Shown here: piece after piece, positions 1 through 12,982 of the stretch
Position numbering within the stretch: the first letter of the stretch is position 1
Layout: every line of letters begins with the position of its first letter
Assembly (NCBI GenBank): GCA_012026655.1
Contig: JAAILG010002131.1
Coordinates: 1-57,727, forward strand
DNA: 57,727 bases
Source: Hydrolagus affinis
Taxonomy: Eukaryota
Direction: 5' to 3'
The notes under the pieces: generated by a model
Seen by the model: only the letters and a program-made list of their open reading frames with translations
Told to the model about the DNA's origin: nothing
Database searches by the model: none
Program-made: the position numbers and the translations under genes

Positions 1-325
1 AGATAGATAGATAGATAGATAGAGAGGAAGATGGAAAGAGAGATAGGTAAACAAGAGAGAGATAAGTGTGAGAGAGAGAGAGATAGGTTAGAGAGATAAA
101 TAGATAGAACGAGAGAGAGAGATGGAGAAAGGGAGATGGAAAGATAGATAGGTAGATAAGAGAGAGAGAGATAGGTGAGAGAGATAGAGAGGTGGGTGAG
201 AGATAAATTGATATATCGAGAGATAGAGAGATATGGAGAGAGGTGGAGATATATGTTAGATAGATAGAGAGATAGGGGAATATATATATAGAGAGAGATG
301 GGGATAGATAGAGAGAAAGATTGGT

Positions 326-355
<30 letters not shown>
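1..355. repeat. (GATA)n/(GA)n purine-rich compound microsatellite in MSTN intron 1
   Basis: Directly visible AGAT and AG runs. Confidence 0.9.
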
Positions 356-356
<1 letters not shown>

Positions 357-840
357 CACTGAGCATCACCTCAGTACTCTAATGACTCCTCTCTCTGTAT
401 CTGCCATGAGGATTGATTCAACGCCAGGTTACCATGTCCTGACAGTAATGTGGCTTGCAGTCTCTGCCTGTACGTGTGCTCGACTCTATGCTCATGTGGT
501 TTCTCAGAGAGAAGCTGGAGAGGGGAGGGTGTAGTTACAGCAAACCGCAGTTTCCAGGGTTTGTTTTATTAGCCATGAAAGTCGCGACCTCTTTGTGATC
601 TTTTTCATCTATTCTGTTTCCAAAGTGCTTCCCTTCCCTTTACAATACACACCAACAGAGTAGGGTCGTAACTCAATTAACGAGAAGTGTAAACTTTAAA
701 GGTGGAGGGGAGGGGGGGGGCGGGGGTAAAAAGAATCTTTATTTGTCCAGGTTATAGCTATTCAGAAGAATTCACAAAAATGCTCTCACTGTCTGTTGGG
801 AGTTAAGCAAAGACATCTTAACTGGCAAACATATAGTTCC

Positions 841-969
841 CGCACACACACACTCTCACACTTACACACACTCTCACACACTCACTCACACACTCTCACA
901 CACTCACTCACACACTTACACACTCACAGACACTCTCATACACTCTCACGCTCACTCACTCACTCACTC
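841..969. repeat. (CA)/(CACT) compound microsatellite
   Basis: Directly visible; explains the His/Thr/Leu/Ser-rich ORF 796..1041. Confidence 0.9.
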
Positions 970-1840
970 TTGGGATACCAGGCTTGCAACCTGCAAGTAT
1001 CAAAGCCAGAATTATTATTTTTGAATTTATTTTTTGTTTAAAAAAAAGCACTTTTGAACACTTTTGTGGCCGACAAATTATGTTAGATTCGATAGCAGTT
1101 TAGTCGGGGGGGTGGGAGAGACACAGAGAGAGCGAGAGAGAGTGAGAGAGAGAGAGAAAAAAGTAACTATGAATCTCTGCAGATGACTCCAGGAATCTCA
1201 GCTGGGTTTGAACACCCCCGTTTTTTGGCAGAACGTTCCTGGAGTGAATTAGTTGCCCTTTGAAAGAAGTTTGAATGTAGTTAATGAGGATTGAGTGAGA
1301 GTCCCCGCTTTCAGCAGGACCTTCAGCTGCGTGTGTTTTGCCCTTTACAGTACAAGTCTTTGACAAAAAAAACACACTTAAAATAGTTTTGATGGAGTAC
1401 TGCACACATTTATGCTTCTCAACCAAGCTCCAAACCCCCCCCTCCCCCCCCACCTCCCCCAGTTTTGTCTGTGTGTGTGTTTTTTCTTATCCCGAAAGGG
1501 TTTGAGCAGAAAGACTCCCATTGTCCAGCAAAGCCATATTGAGCGTTGATTGTATGGAGGAATAAGTTAATAGCTACGAGCAAATTGTGTGTGTGTGTGT
1601 GTGTGTGGGGAGAGCACTATCACACCTGCATTGGCCAATTCGCACACAGTGTATGTGACTCTATCACTGTGTTCAGGTTACTGTGGAACCCAAACACTGG
1701 TTTGGGTATAATTGTTGAATATTTAAAAGCCGCAAAAGCCGCAATCAGACAGATCCATCATTGCTTTCAACAGCAAAAGGAGAAGTTTAACATTTAACTT
1801 GGGGAAATAGAGACATCAGCACTATATATGTATATATATA

Positions 1841-2016
1841 TTCAAGGCTGAGACTGATAGATTTTTGAAAAGTAGAGGGATTAGGGGATATGGGGATAGG
1901 GCAGGTAATCAGAGTTAGGTGAGAAGATCAGCCATGATCTTATTGAATGGCGGAGCAGGCTCGAGGGGCTGACTGGCCTACTCCTGCTCCTAATTCTTAT
2001 GTTCTTATATTCTTAT
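1841..2016 (+). mobile_element. 5'-truncated CR1-clade LINE 3' end
   Basis: ttcaaggctgag..gatagattttt..gatcagccatgatcttattgaatggcggagcaggctcgaggggc..tggcctactcctgctcct, followed by TTCTTATR 8-mer repeats. This is the typical shark CR1/HER1-type 3' terminus (recognised from memory). Confidence 0.85.
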
Positions 2017-2318
2017 ATGTATATATATTATACAGTATACACATATATAACAGGGAGTGACTGTAATATATATATATATTAAACGAATTTTGGAGGCAAA
2101 ACTCACTTTTGTAAATTGAGATTGATGCTTGAGTGTGTTTATGTTTTATTATTGGTTATTTTATGATTTATTAACCTGTAATTGAATTAGTGTCATTCAC
2201 ACGTGCATCTATTCTTCTTCTTCTTCTTCTTCCTTTGTTTAATTATAATTCCTCCCCCCACCCCCCTCCCCCTCCCCCTCTCCCCCCCCCCCCCTCTCCC
2301 TCATTTGTGTGTTTTAAG

Positions 2319-2692
2319 CCGAGCCTAGTGTGCAAGTGGATGAAAAACCCAAATGTTGCTCTTTCAACATCAGCCCCAAAATCCAATTCAATAAAATCGT
2401 CAAAGCTCATCTGTGGATCTACCTGAGGCCAGTGAAGCAAACCACCACAGTCTTCATGCAGATCCTGAGGCTCAAGCCAGTGGGGCAGGAATGGACAAAC
2501 CACACCCCAATCCGCTCCTTGAAATTCGACATCAACTCTGGCACTGGCCACTGGCAGAGCATAGACTTCAAACGCGTCCTACAGAACTGGCTCAAACAAC
2601 CAGAGTCAAACTGGGGCATCCAGATCAATGCGTCTGATATCAACGGTGTGGACTTGGCTGTCACCTCCCCCGGGCAAGGGGAGGAAGGCTTG
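2319..2692 (+). CDS. MSTN: Myostatin (GDF8) exon 2, TGF-beta propeptide
   Basis: Acceptor ttttaag|CC at 2318/2319 and donor TTG|gtaagt at 2692/2693 give 374 nt, the known MSTN exon 2 size. Translation ..[66 protein letters not shown] is typical GDF8/11 propeptide. MSTN rather than GDF11 is called from the convergent PMS1 neighbour. Confidence 0.95.
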
Positions 2693-3070
2693 GTAAGTGA
2701 CAGTTTGTCCTGTTTGTGTGTCTGTGTGTGTGTGTCTCCCAGTGAACCTCAGTGAGAACTGTTGATGAGCAGCTCCTGGACACAGGGGACCTGAGGTTTG
2801 GAAGTGTCCCCGAGTTTAATGTGAGCTTTCCCTCTGGGCTGAAGTGTAAGGCAGAGTGGGGGTTAGCTTAGGGCGACAGCCAGACAACAAACTGACCAGG
2901 GAGGGAGGGATGGGGGGGGGAGGTGGGGGGTGAGATAACTTGTTTGTTTCTGTTATTGAAAGCCAGGTTTCAATGCAACTCACTCACAATCGTTTAACAA
3001 AATGACTTAGTTAAAAATGATCCAGTCTATTTTAGATCAATCCCCTATCTACATTGTATGTTTGTTTGCA

Positions 3071-3210
3071 GGTCGTTTCAACCATATATATATATATATA
3101 ATATATATATAATATATACTGTACAGTACTGTGTACAGTCCATTCACTTTACAGTATATTCTGTGAAGCATTTTGAAATGAGAAGTGAAAATGTAAGGAT
3201 TATTATTGTT
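3071..3210 (+). mobile_element. Partial 3' part of the tRNA-headed SINE family
   Basis: cagtccattcactttacagtatattctgtgaagc..gattattatt matches the tails of full copies in this window. Confidence 0.65.
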
Positions 3211-5355
3211 ATTTGCTGCAGGTGTTTTGTGATTCTTGAAACACTTTGACATGAACGTGAGCTTTAATCTAACTCTAATCTAAAATAAACTTACTCCTAG
3301 TAAGGGCTAATATAATTCAGCATTTATTCACATTGTACAGTACATTCAAATTGCATTATTCTCTTTTAAAAATTTTTTGAACGAAAACACATTTTATGGG
3401 AGGAAAATTTTACAGCAATAATCCCCCCCCATTCCCCCCCCTCCCATACTGCTGAATATAAGGAATATTATATACACAAAATGTATGTATTTCCTTAAGT
3501 AAATTGGTGATGCAAGCTGAAATTTTTTTTTACTTTTAATTCTTAATACTTCACTCCCCTGTGCAGTGATGACATTCCCTCTGATAATATGGCAACTTCT
3601 CCAGATCAAACTACAGATGAGTAATAATATAAGAGTATTTAAAAGAGTAAAAGTATTCAAATATCGACGCCCCCCCACCACCTCCCTCCCTCCCTCCTGG
3701 GCTGGTTGATAGCAAAAATAAAGCCCCCAAATAAAAAAAACTGGAAAAAACACATTTCTTTCTCAGCAAAAATACTAAATCAGGTTTTCATAGCATTGGG
3801 GCAAAACAATAACACATTTAAAATAACACACATACAGTGGATAGTACAATGTGTGTGTGTGTATAATTGGATTAACTTTCCCTTACAATAGATCCACGAT
3901 TGTGTGAAATCATTTAATTCAGAGATAATTATTGCTCTGATCTCACTAAACTGCCACAGGAGGAAATAACACTCGCAAAGGAAACTTTATTATTATTGTT
4001 ATTATTTTTATTTAAAAAATCGAATTATATATTTGTGTTACATATTAGTCTGTTTGAGATGAACAACTACCAACCCTAGTTCAGTAGTTTCTATCCAGTC
4101 ACAATGCATAAGGGAAAAAAAACCCACACACTTTAGGAAGAAATAGAAATACAGTAATCAGGATAATTTTTGCTAGAGTTCCATATTTACCAGGTTCTGT
4201 GGGGCAGTGACAGACACATTGGAACTTTTTGCAAAACATTGAGGTTGTGGTACAGTCTCAAGTCTGTAAAATCACAGTCAGTCAGTCAGTCATTTCTCAC
4301 TGTTCACTAGTTAATTGGTGTTTTAAAACACTTTGCCCTTGTTTATAAGTTAACTTTAAAAGTGTGTGTGAGGGTGGGCTGTTAACATTATTTTAGAGAC
4401 CAGAGACTCACATTCACAGAACTAGAATGTGGCTAACCTGCTGATGGCTGCAGGAAACTGAGGTCAGAAAAAACTCATATATCAAATACTGTATAAGCCA
4501 AACCTCCAGGACTCAGGCAGTGTAACTCTACAATAAAATGTTAATAATAATAATAAAATTGCAGGCATTTGTTTAAAGCTCCTAATTCATTTAGCCAGAC
4601 TTCTCAAAACCCCTTCACAAGGTTTACTGAGAGTGATGGTGACTGTGTGTATTTGAAGATGACTTATTGCAAATACAGCAAGTTCAATTGTATAGTTTTA
4701 TCCTCTCTTGCCCCAGGTTTAGCTTGTCCCCTCACTGTACTGTAGTGTTTAATACTGCACTGAGCAGGGAAGGGTAACACAATAAGGTGTCCCATAACTT
4801 TATTAGAAACTGAAAAGGGTGCGGGAAGAGAGTTCTGTCTACAAAAGATGTGGTTTAACTGACACCTGTCTGTGGGTATCGGGTTGAGGAAGAAAGCCAT
4901 CCAATCTCATGTTTGACACTAACTGATCAAGCTTATTTTGGATTATTAATTACTGAACTGATTGTTAGGGTTTACCATTACAGTAATGGTATTGTATCTA
5001 CTACACTCTACTACACTCACAAACAAATAAACTAGAGACTTGCAATTTCTAAAGACTTTGCCCCTAAAGGTGATTGTGAGTTAAATTGTGCAGGATTTGG
5101 GGGCAAACTCTTTAATTCGGACTCACATCCCTATTACCATTCAATTCAATCTTAAAAACTTTGAACAACAACTCCCAAATTATGACTGAAACCTTCAGTT
5201 TTGAATGCAAGAATTTGAACACACACAATTAAACATGGTAAAGTAGCTTTTTTTTAACTTAACATAAACGCAATCAACTTGAGTATTGTGTGTCTTTCCA
5301 TTTCCAATTTCCCCCCCCACCCCCTTCCCTTCACCAAGTGTCATGGCAGTTTTAA

Positions 5356-5859
<504 letters not shown>

Positions 5860-7380
5860 GAACTCAACTGCCCCCACCCCCACCACCCACCCCCATCCCA
5901 CCCAACCCACACCCCTCCTTCCCTAACTCCAACCCACCCAAACGTCCCCCTCCCTCCTCCCCACCCACCCAAACCCCCAAACACCCAAAGGCGTCCTCAC
6001 AAACAGGACACACCTAACGCTATGGTCTTGTTAAGTCAAGGATTTCTGCATCACACACGACTGTGCAATAGGCAAAGGAGAGATTATATTTGCGTTGCTC
6101 CTCAAGTGAGACAAAAACAAAACAACAGAAAACACACACATACCATCCACAACACCATCTACCCACCCCCTCCCACCCACCCACCCACCCAACAATGGCA
6201 GTGAGGTGAGGGCAGAGCGGGGAGGCTGGGATTCCAACTTGCCCAGTGTATTCAGCCGTCCACTGGTGTGCGTGTGTGTTTCTTTTATTCATGTTATATA
6301 TAAACGAGAGGAGAGAATACACATTTCTAGTAAGACCAGGACACCCCAATCTAAATTCTTCCATGAACAATTCTAATTCCAATTTTGACGTAGAGAGAGA
6401 GAGAAAGAGAGAGACAAATGTGTTTAAAATGAGGTCTCAGAGTTAGTTGGTCATCAGCCGATATATAAACTGTATTCCTGTACTTAACTCACAGTTCCAC
6501 CAGATATAATGTTCCCTTACTTCAGTATTTATCTCACGGTTCAGATACACAGGAACATTTACACTATCATGTTGTCTGAACTACTACTCTAAACTTGAAT
6601 TTTATGCGTTGGCATTACAGGAAAGATGGACTTGTCTTTTCGAAGTTAACAGAAGCACTAAAAGACTGTGGACAAATGTTTAAGGCAGAAAAAGGGTGGG
6701 GTGGGGCAGATGATGAGAGAATCCAAACGTCTGATTAAAACAATGCTTTAAAGACCTGTTCAAAAACTCTGCCTTTGGTAACATTACAGTTTGCACTATA
6801 TGGCAAGCCAACAGAGAGAACTGAATTGGTTTGCTACAGAGTTGTAAAAACTGAATTTGATAGTTGACTGCTTGTTGTTTGTTTAATATAATGTGTTACA
6901 CATGACATTCATTTTGTAAAATGTTCGTTTGTTTTTTTGGCTTTCAAAATTTTTTTTTTTTTTCCCCCTTGGCTGGTCTGATATAACGTGTCTTTATAGG
7001 GAGAACAAACATTTTGATATTAGCAGAAATTGTACTAAAAGCTCTGGTTAGGTGATACATAAATAAAGATGCTTGCCCTATCTCGAGTAAAATACACAAT
7101 AGAGAGAGAGAGAGAGACAAAAAAAACACAGGATGAAGGAAATTGACTTGTGGACAATGAATTCTGGACAGATTATGAGCAAATGTCGGCTGTTTTGTGG
7201 GATTATTTTTTCCTTGAAGTCCAAGAAAAGTTTCAATTGGTGGATGAAAGATAGAGTCTCAAGTACAATAGTATCATATTGTACAATATCATCCTTGTAC
7301 ATTATTCGGCTCGGTTTATTATATCATTCACGTTAAATACAATTATTTTATTAAATATACAACTTTAAAAACTGACACCT
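5860..7380 (+). other. MSTN: Probable MSTN 3' UTR with candidate poly(A) signals
   Basis: Follows the stop codon. AATAAA at 7062-7067 and ATTAAA at 7350-7355. The true end cannot be fixed from sequence alone. Confidence 0.5.
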
Positions 7381-9373
7381 CTTTGCAAGATTTGTTGACT
7401 CTTTCTGTAAGAATTTTATCAGTTGTGAAAAAAAAGTGAAGTTTCCTAACTGCTGTGTGCAAACAAAAGTATTTTCTATCAATTACATATTTTTTTGGGG
7501 GGACTGAAAATGACAATTTAATTGTCCTTTTAACAGAACAGGTAGATGGATATGTTATTAATGGAAAAACACAACATTGTTTAATATGTTTTGAATGTCA
7601 TTAATTATTTTAAGATAAGTTATTTTAAAATTAAATGATTAGATGTTTCAACCTGCCCACAAGATAGGAAGGTTGGATGGATTATTTTCTATCCAGAGCT
7701 CAGAAGATGCATCTGGTTTATCAGTCAGAAATCATTGATTATATTTGGGTAACTTACCATCAATTCATTGTTTTCCATTTACATTCAATTCTCCCCCAGA
7801 CTTTTGCAGGATGTTTTGATCCAATTTTGTTCCAAACAGCATCCATCGCAGTCTCACTTTTTTGCATTTCCATTTCAACAAATCCCTAACCATTGAGCTC
7901 AACGTGGCGAAACGCAACAAAAACAACAACAAAACAACAACAGAACGCCTCTGCAAGTACGGTGTGTACATTATACTGTACATCCCACCTGCAAGAAAGC
8001 CTCGTATACCTGGAGATATTGTAGAAGTTAGACCTAGCTGTCACCAACATCTCGCAGGCAATTTTGTCCATATGTCCTCAAGCATAAGACTGTCAGTGTC
8101 AGTACACCTTGTTTTACAATAATGTACAACAAGGACTTTTTTTATTTACTGTCCATAGATAACCCCCCACCCCCCAGCCAAGTGTGTATGGTTTGATGGA
8201 GAGCTGTGTGCAGTACAGCAATGGGTCTGTCTGTCCCCCTTCACAGCAGTTTGGATTTGGCCCCCACCCCCTTTACCAACCATACATCCTGCCAAGCTGT
8301 TGATTGAATCACAACAATTATTATTCATCTTTGGAAAGAGAAAAAAAAACAGAGACAGAGAGAGAGAGAGAAAAAAAACATTAACCAAGAACAAGCGAAA
8401 AAGGACATGTTCTCAGTGGCAGGAATGGAATTTGCTCTCCCCCCCCACCCCCCACCAGTTACACTTAGAAATAAACACATCTCCTTCATTCATTCTTCAC
8501 GTTGACTCCTTGGTGCATTTGAAAGAACGTGTCTTTCAGTGAGTGCAGAGGGTATGAGGTAGAGGGTGGGGGGTAGATAGTCTGTCAGTCAGTCAATGTC
8601 TGCATCATCTCCCCAGGTAACATGGCTTTGGTGCCACACACTTTACAGTAAGACTTGGCCACATGTGTTACTGTAAGGAGCTCTCCCACAGCTCCCCCCT
8701 CCCCTCCCACCCCACTCCTCCCTCCCCACGGATTTCCATTGACAGGTTTGAGTAGCATGTGGCAGGACCCAGGTGAATGACATTCACTAACGACGTCCCA
8801 GAACTGCCTCAGCTACGGATGAAGTCATTAATTACTCCCCACCACTCTCTCTCTCTCTCTCATTCCTTCCTTCCTTCCCTTCCTTCTCCTTACACTTCTC
8901 CTTACACTTCTCTGGCTGGCAGCTGCCTCCACGTGGTGGTTGGACGCTCATAAGGGATGGCATCCAAGGCTATCAGGTTTGGATGACCAAATGCATTGCT
9001 GGGATTCTTTGCGAGGGAAAGTAAGACTGCGGCTAAACTTAGGCCTCGAGAACCTTTGCACGCAGTTCTAATGTTAATGTTTTCTTTTCTGACTCTTTAA
9101 ATAAAGGTGGGGGGCGGGGGAGGGTGGGCAAAGTCCTACTCATCGCGAAAGTCAAGTGTCTTGTGATCTCTTGCTATCGGTAGAGATGTTGGAAATGACC
9201 CAACGGTCGAGTTTTTTTGGGAGTCTCCGCCTTGCGAGAGTGTGGCATTTCAGACAATCCCAGCGAGTTTCATATTGTCGGGAAGAAATTAAACATTTCT
9301 TGAAAGTTGAATTGGGTTATCTCGACATTATCCCCCCTATCATAATAATAATAAGAAGAAGATTAAGAATAAG

Positions 9374-9540
9374 AATAATTTGGTCACTCTATCCCACGAC
9401 TGTTTGTGGGACTCTGCTGCCTCGTTTCGCCCACAAAAATATACACTCAACTCACTTTACATTATAGTATGTTCTGGACAGTGTTTTGAGACACCTCAAA
9501 GACATGTTAAGGTGCTATATCAAATGAAAGGATTATTATA
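9374..9540 (+). mobile_element. Partial SINE (3' half)
   Basis: ccacgactgtttgtggg..gtttcgcccacaaa..gctatatcaaatgaaaggattatta, shared with full copies. Confidence 0.75.
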
Positions 9541-9619
9541 AAAGTTTGTTATTATTATACTGTATAATAATTCTTAAAGGAATTCATATTTTTCACCCAC
9601 AAATATGCAGTCAATTCTC

Positions 9620-9740
9620 CTACTCTCCTTCATCCTGCCCAGAGCCCTCCCCCACCTGCTCTTGTCCCTACTCTGACTGTACAGCGCCTTGGGACGTTCT
9701 CTCGATATGAAAGGCGCTATATAAAAGTAATTTTGTTGTT
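9620..9740 (+). mobile_element. L2-type 3' end with (TTG)n tail
   Basis: agcgccttgggacgt..tgaaaggcgctatataaa..ttgttgtt. The same terminus recurs many times in the window. Confidence 0.7.
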
Positions 9741-10113
9741 TTTTTTCCAATAAAAAGTTGCAGGTTAGAATAGCGTTTTAAAATAAAATGAGTAAATAAC
9801 GATCGCAAAATATATGGAACGTTAGATGCCAAAGTTTCATGAAAATAGATCTTAAATTTCGAATTGATGCAATCCAGGTCATTGAACATGCTTTTAATAT
9901 GAAATATGATGTAGATTGTAATATAATACTACTGTATATACATTGTTTGTACACATTGATTGCAATGGATGCTGTCTGCTCAGTTTAAACACAAGACAAT
10001 GTGTACTGTGTGCCTGCGCTGGTGTAAAATTGAATTACCACTTTTATTTTTTGCACAGTTATGCACGATACAACACATTATTCAACCTGGAAGTTAGTCA
10101 AACACCCTTAAGA

Positions 10114-10149
<36 letters not shown>

Positions 10150-10194
10150 TTACTGGGAACCTCTTTTAAAACGTCCTTTGGTCAGAAGTTTAGC

Positions 10195-10540
10195 AGAGTG
10201 GCCTTTCACCTCTGGTAACGCAGCATTTCAAATCCTGCCCAGAATAATAGGACAGAAGAATAGTTTGTTTGGATGCTGTAACCTTCCTGTGTGAAGTGAG
10301 TTCAGGCCTTTTCTGGGAAAACTGTCCACAATTCAGCAAAACATAGCACTCGTATGGCAAGCTTGCTCCAGATAGGTCATAAACATGCCTGTTTGTGGGA
10401 AAGTGGAAAAATCACACCGGTGAAGTATACAGGGATACGTATTTTCAGGTTACATCTGTTTGTTGGGGGCAGAATAGAGAGAGAGAGAGTATTCTGTGCA
10501 GGTGGTGATTTGATGACCGATACAAACCCTGGGTCCCAAA
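10195..10540 (+). mobile_element. Degenerate LF-SINE-like element
   Basis: Ordered blocks cctttcacctctgg / ttcaaatcctgcccaga / gctgtaa..cctgtgtgaagtgagtt / tgtccaca..aaaac / gcact..tggca match my recollection of the LF-SINE consensus. Not aligned computationally. Confidence 0.55.
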
Positions 10541-12349
10541 CGCATTAAAAAAACACACATTCCATTCTTTAGCACACACATATTTACATAAAAAGAGCAA
10601 AAATATCACCTCTATCCCAGAGAATAAATCGTGTTGGGAATACCGAATTTAGCCAAAGGAATTCCAAGACCACATCTCTATTGCACAGGATCGATGTCTT
10701 ACAATTAAATGATCCAACACATATCAAGAAAAGAAGTGTTTTAAGCATCAATAATCTGTGCGCTGTGTTGAAGAGTACTTGAAAAATCTTCGGATTGTTT
10801 TTGTCTTGTTTGGCTCAGAGTTTGGGGTAAATTCCCACTGACTTCTGATTGGCCACTCGTTCAGATGCTCCCAGCAGTCCAGCACAATGTTTTTTTTCAT
10901 CCTAGAAAATGTGCGTTGAGACATTTTACTGAGGTCGTTTTTATGTATTCTGTATCTTTGGCTTTTCTTCTCACTCCGATGTTTGGAGTTACTTGAGTTA
11001 CTTAACCAATATTTTGTTACACTTTTCATGCAAAATCACATCTCATTGTCCACAAAACATTATTTCAGAGTTTGTCCTTTCCTCTGACTTGCGCGATGGA
11101 TGTGTTGTTCACATTAACGAAAGAGCCAACAATTCTCCAGGTTTCCATAGGAAAACTATTGAAATGGAATTAGACACAGCAGACATGAGTAAAACACTAT
11201 CGCAAGCTACAGGCTGAAATATATCAGCATCGCAACAACAATAAATCGCATTTATATAGTGCCTTTCACATAGGGACGAGGTGCAGGATAATGAGAGTTT
11301 TGCACCCTAGCTGCCGATTAATATATACCGTGTAGTTCAGGCAATTTTAGGAGAACTCGGCATGTGTAATTGTTTTAGAAATGACAGCAGTGAGCTGGGT
11401 CATTTGTCCATTGAAAACATATTTTTAATGGTTCTATTCCTAGTTCCCTGCTCCAAGACTAAATCTCTCACTGGCCAATTTAAGCGAATCGAGGTAATTC
11501 AACCTAGCAGATTATATTCACAAAAATAATACAGAACATGATGATTTATTTTGTGGACAGTTATAATTTGTGTTGTACGTTGATAACCATTCTGAGCTGG
11601 TTAAACGAGACCGCAAGCTTGGAATGGGCAACGAGGGCCCTCATAATACTTGAAGATGAAGTGCTGGTAAGTGACAAGTGGTAAATAGCTGTGGGGTTCA
11701 CCATAAAACAATTACTGCCTGCAAGTATCTGTGTATCAGTGGGAAAATGTCCCGAGGGTGCAGAAGTGACTTCCAGCATAATATAATGTCATCAACCATC
11801 AGCCGTTAGAATGCTCTCTTTACTGCTTGAGTAACAAGTAATAATTCTGTTTATGCCCATCGCCCACCCTCAAACAGTGGCTTTTGTGGTTTGAAGTATC
11901 ACTCAGATGCTTTCTATTAAGGTGACAGAAAATGTGTAGCATAGTTCCCATTTCCAGATTGAGGCAACCAATTTAGAGAATTGAGATTATACCCCAAATT
12001 AGCTTGTTTTCAAGTAGGCTTTAATATCTGAACGCAGCCAATATAAAGCCAACTATTTAAATGCTAAGTGGTCAAAACATCTCGGGTTAGATCGGTTCAA
12101 TGGGCCTCAGACTTTGGACCTGAAACCCTTTTCATCATTGAGAAAATGAGCACAGAGGCTCAAACCGATGAGGGTGTTTTTGGAGGAGAAGTAAAGCAAG
12201 GTCACCCTAGGGCTAAACAGCTCCTAAAGGGCACACCTGGCAATAGCCAGGCAATCCCAGAGTAAGCCAACGTAACAATGAGACTTGAACGTGTAGATAT
12301 GGCCTCCACATTTGTAAGACAAAACCTTAAGTAGACGTTCCTAGTGAGA

Positions 12350-12502
12350 CAACAACAACGACAACAAAATTACATTTATAGAGCACCCTCCACGCTGGAC
12401 AGCGTCTCAGAGCGCTTTGAGACAACAACAACAACAACAAACAACAACAAAATTACATTTATAGAGCGCCCTTACATGTTGGGAGGAAGTCCCAAGGCGC
12501 TG
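12350..12502 (-). mobile_element. Two tandem L2-type 3' ends
   Basis: gagacaacaacaac..aaaattacatttatagagc..agcgct occurs twice in direct succession (about 12346 and 12419). Confidence 0.7.
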
Positions 12503-12849
12503 GGGCTAGAGTGACATGGTTACCAGATTGGGATGGCCTTGGAGATTTTATGCTACAGTATTAGAGAGTTGCCTACACTATTGGATTTTGAATAAATGTA
12601 AAATTATTCACTCGGCACTGTTAATGCAGATCTGTATCGTTTGCTTTAGGTGAATACGTGCAGAGATTTTTTTTCCCTTGTCCTCAGTATAGATTGAGAG
12701 TAATTTAAAGTAGACAGTACAACCCCTAGGCAACCAGCTCAGGATTGCTGGTCCACTGACACTGCAGGCAGTTACAGCAACAACAACAACCTGCATTTAT
12801 GCAGCACCCCCCCCTCACACAGGGTACAGTCCCATGTGAGTTACTAGGA

Positions 12850-12982
12850 GGAGAGGTCATCGACCTGAAATGTTAACTTATTTTCCTCTCTCCGTGGATG
12901 CTGCCTGACCTGCTGTGTGTTCCCGGGAACGTCTATGGTTTATACTCGATTTCTAGCGTCTGCAGAACTTTTGCCTTTTATT
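12850..12982 (+). mobile_element. Penelope-like element terminal fragment
   Basis: ggtcatcgacctgaaatgttaact..ctctctcc..gatgctgcctgacctgctg..gatttctagcgtctgcag..tttgcctttt resembles a repeat end common in shark genomes. Family assignment is from memory. Confidence 0.5.

Noticed and set aside
2243-2664. Antisense and alternative-frame ORFs over MSTN exon 2 (likewise 5352..5706 over exon 3)
   Set aside because: Shadows of a real coding exon with no recognisable protein features.
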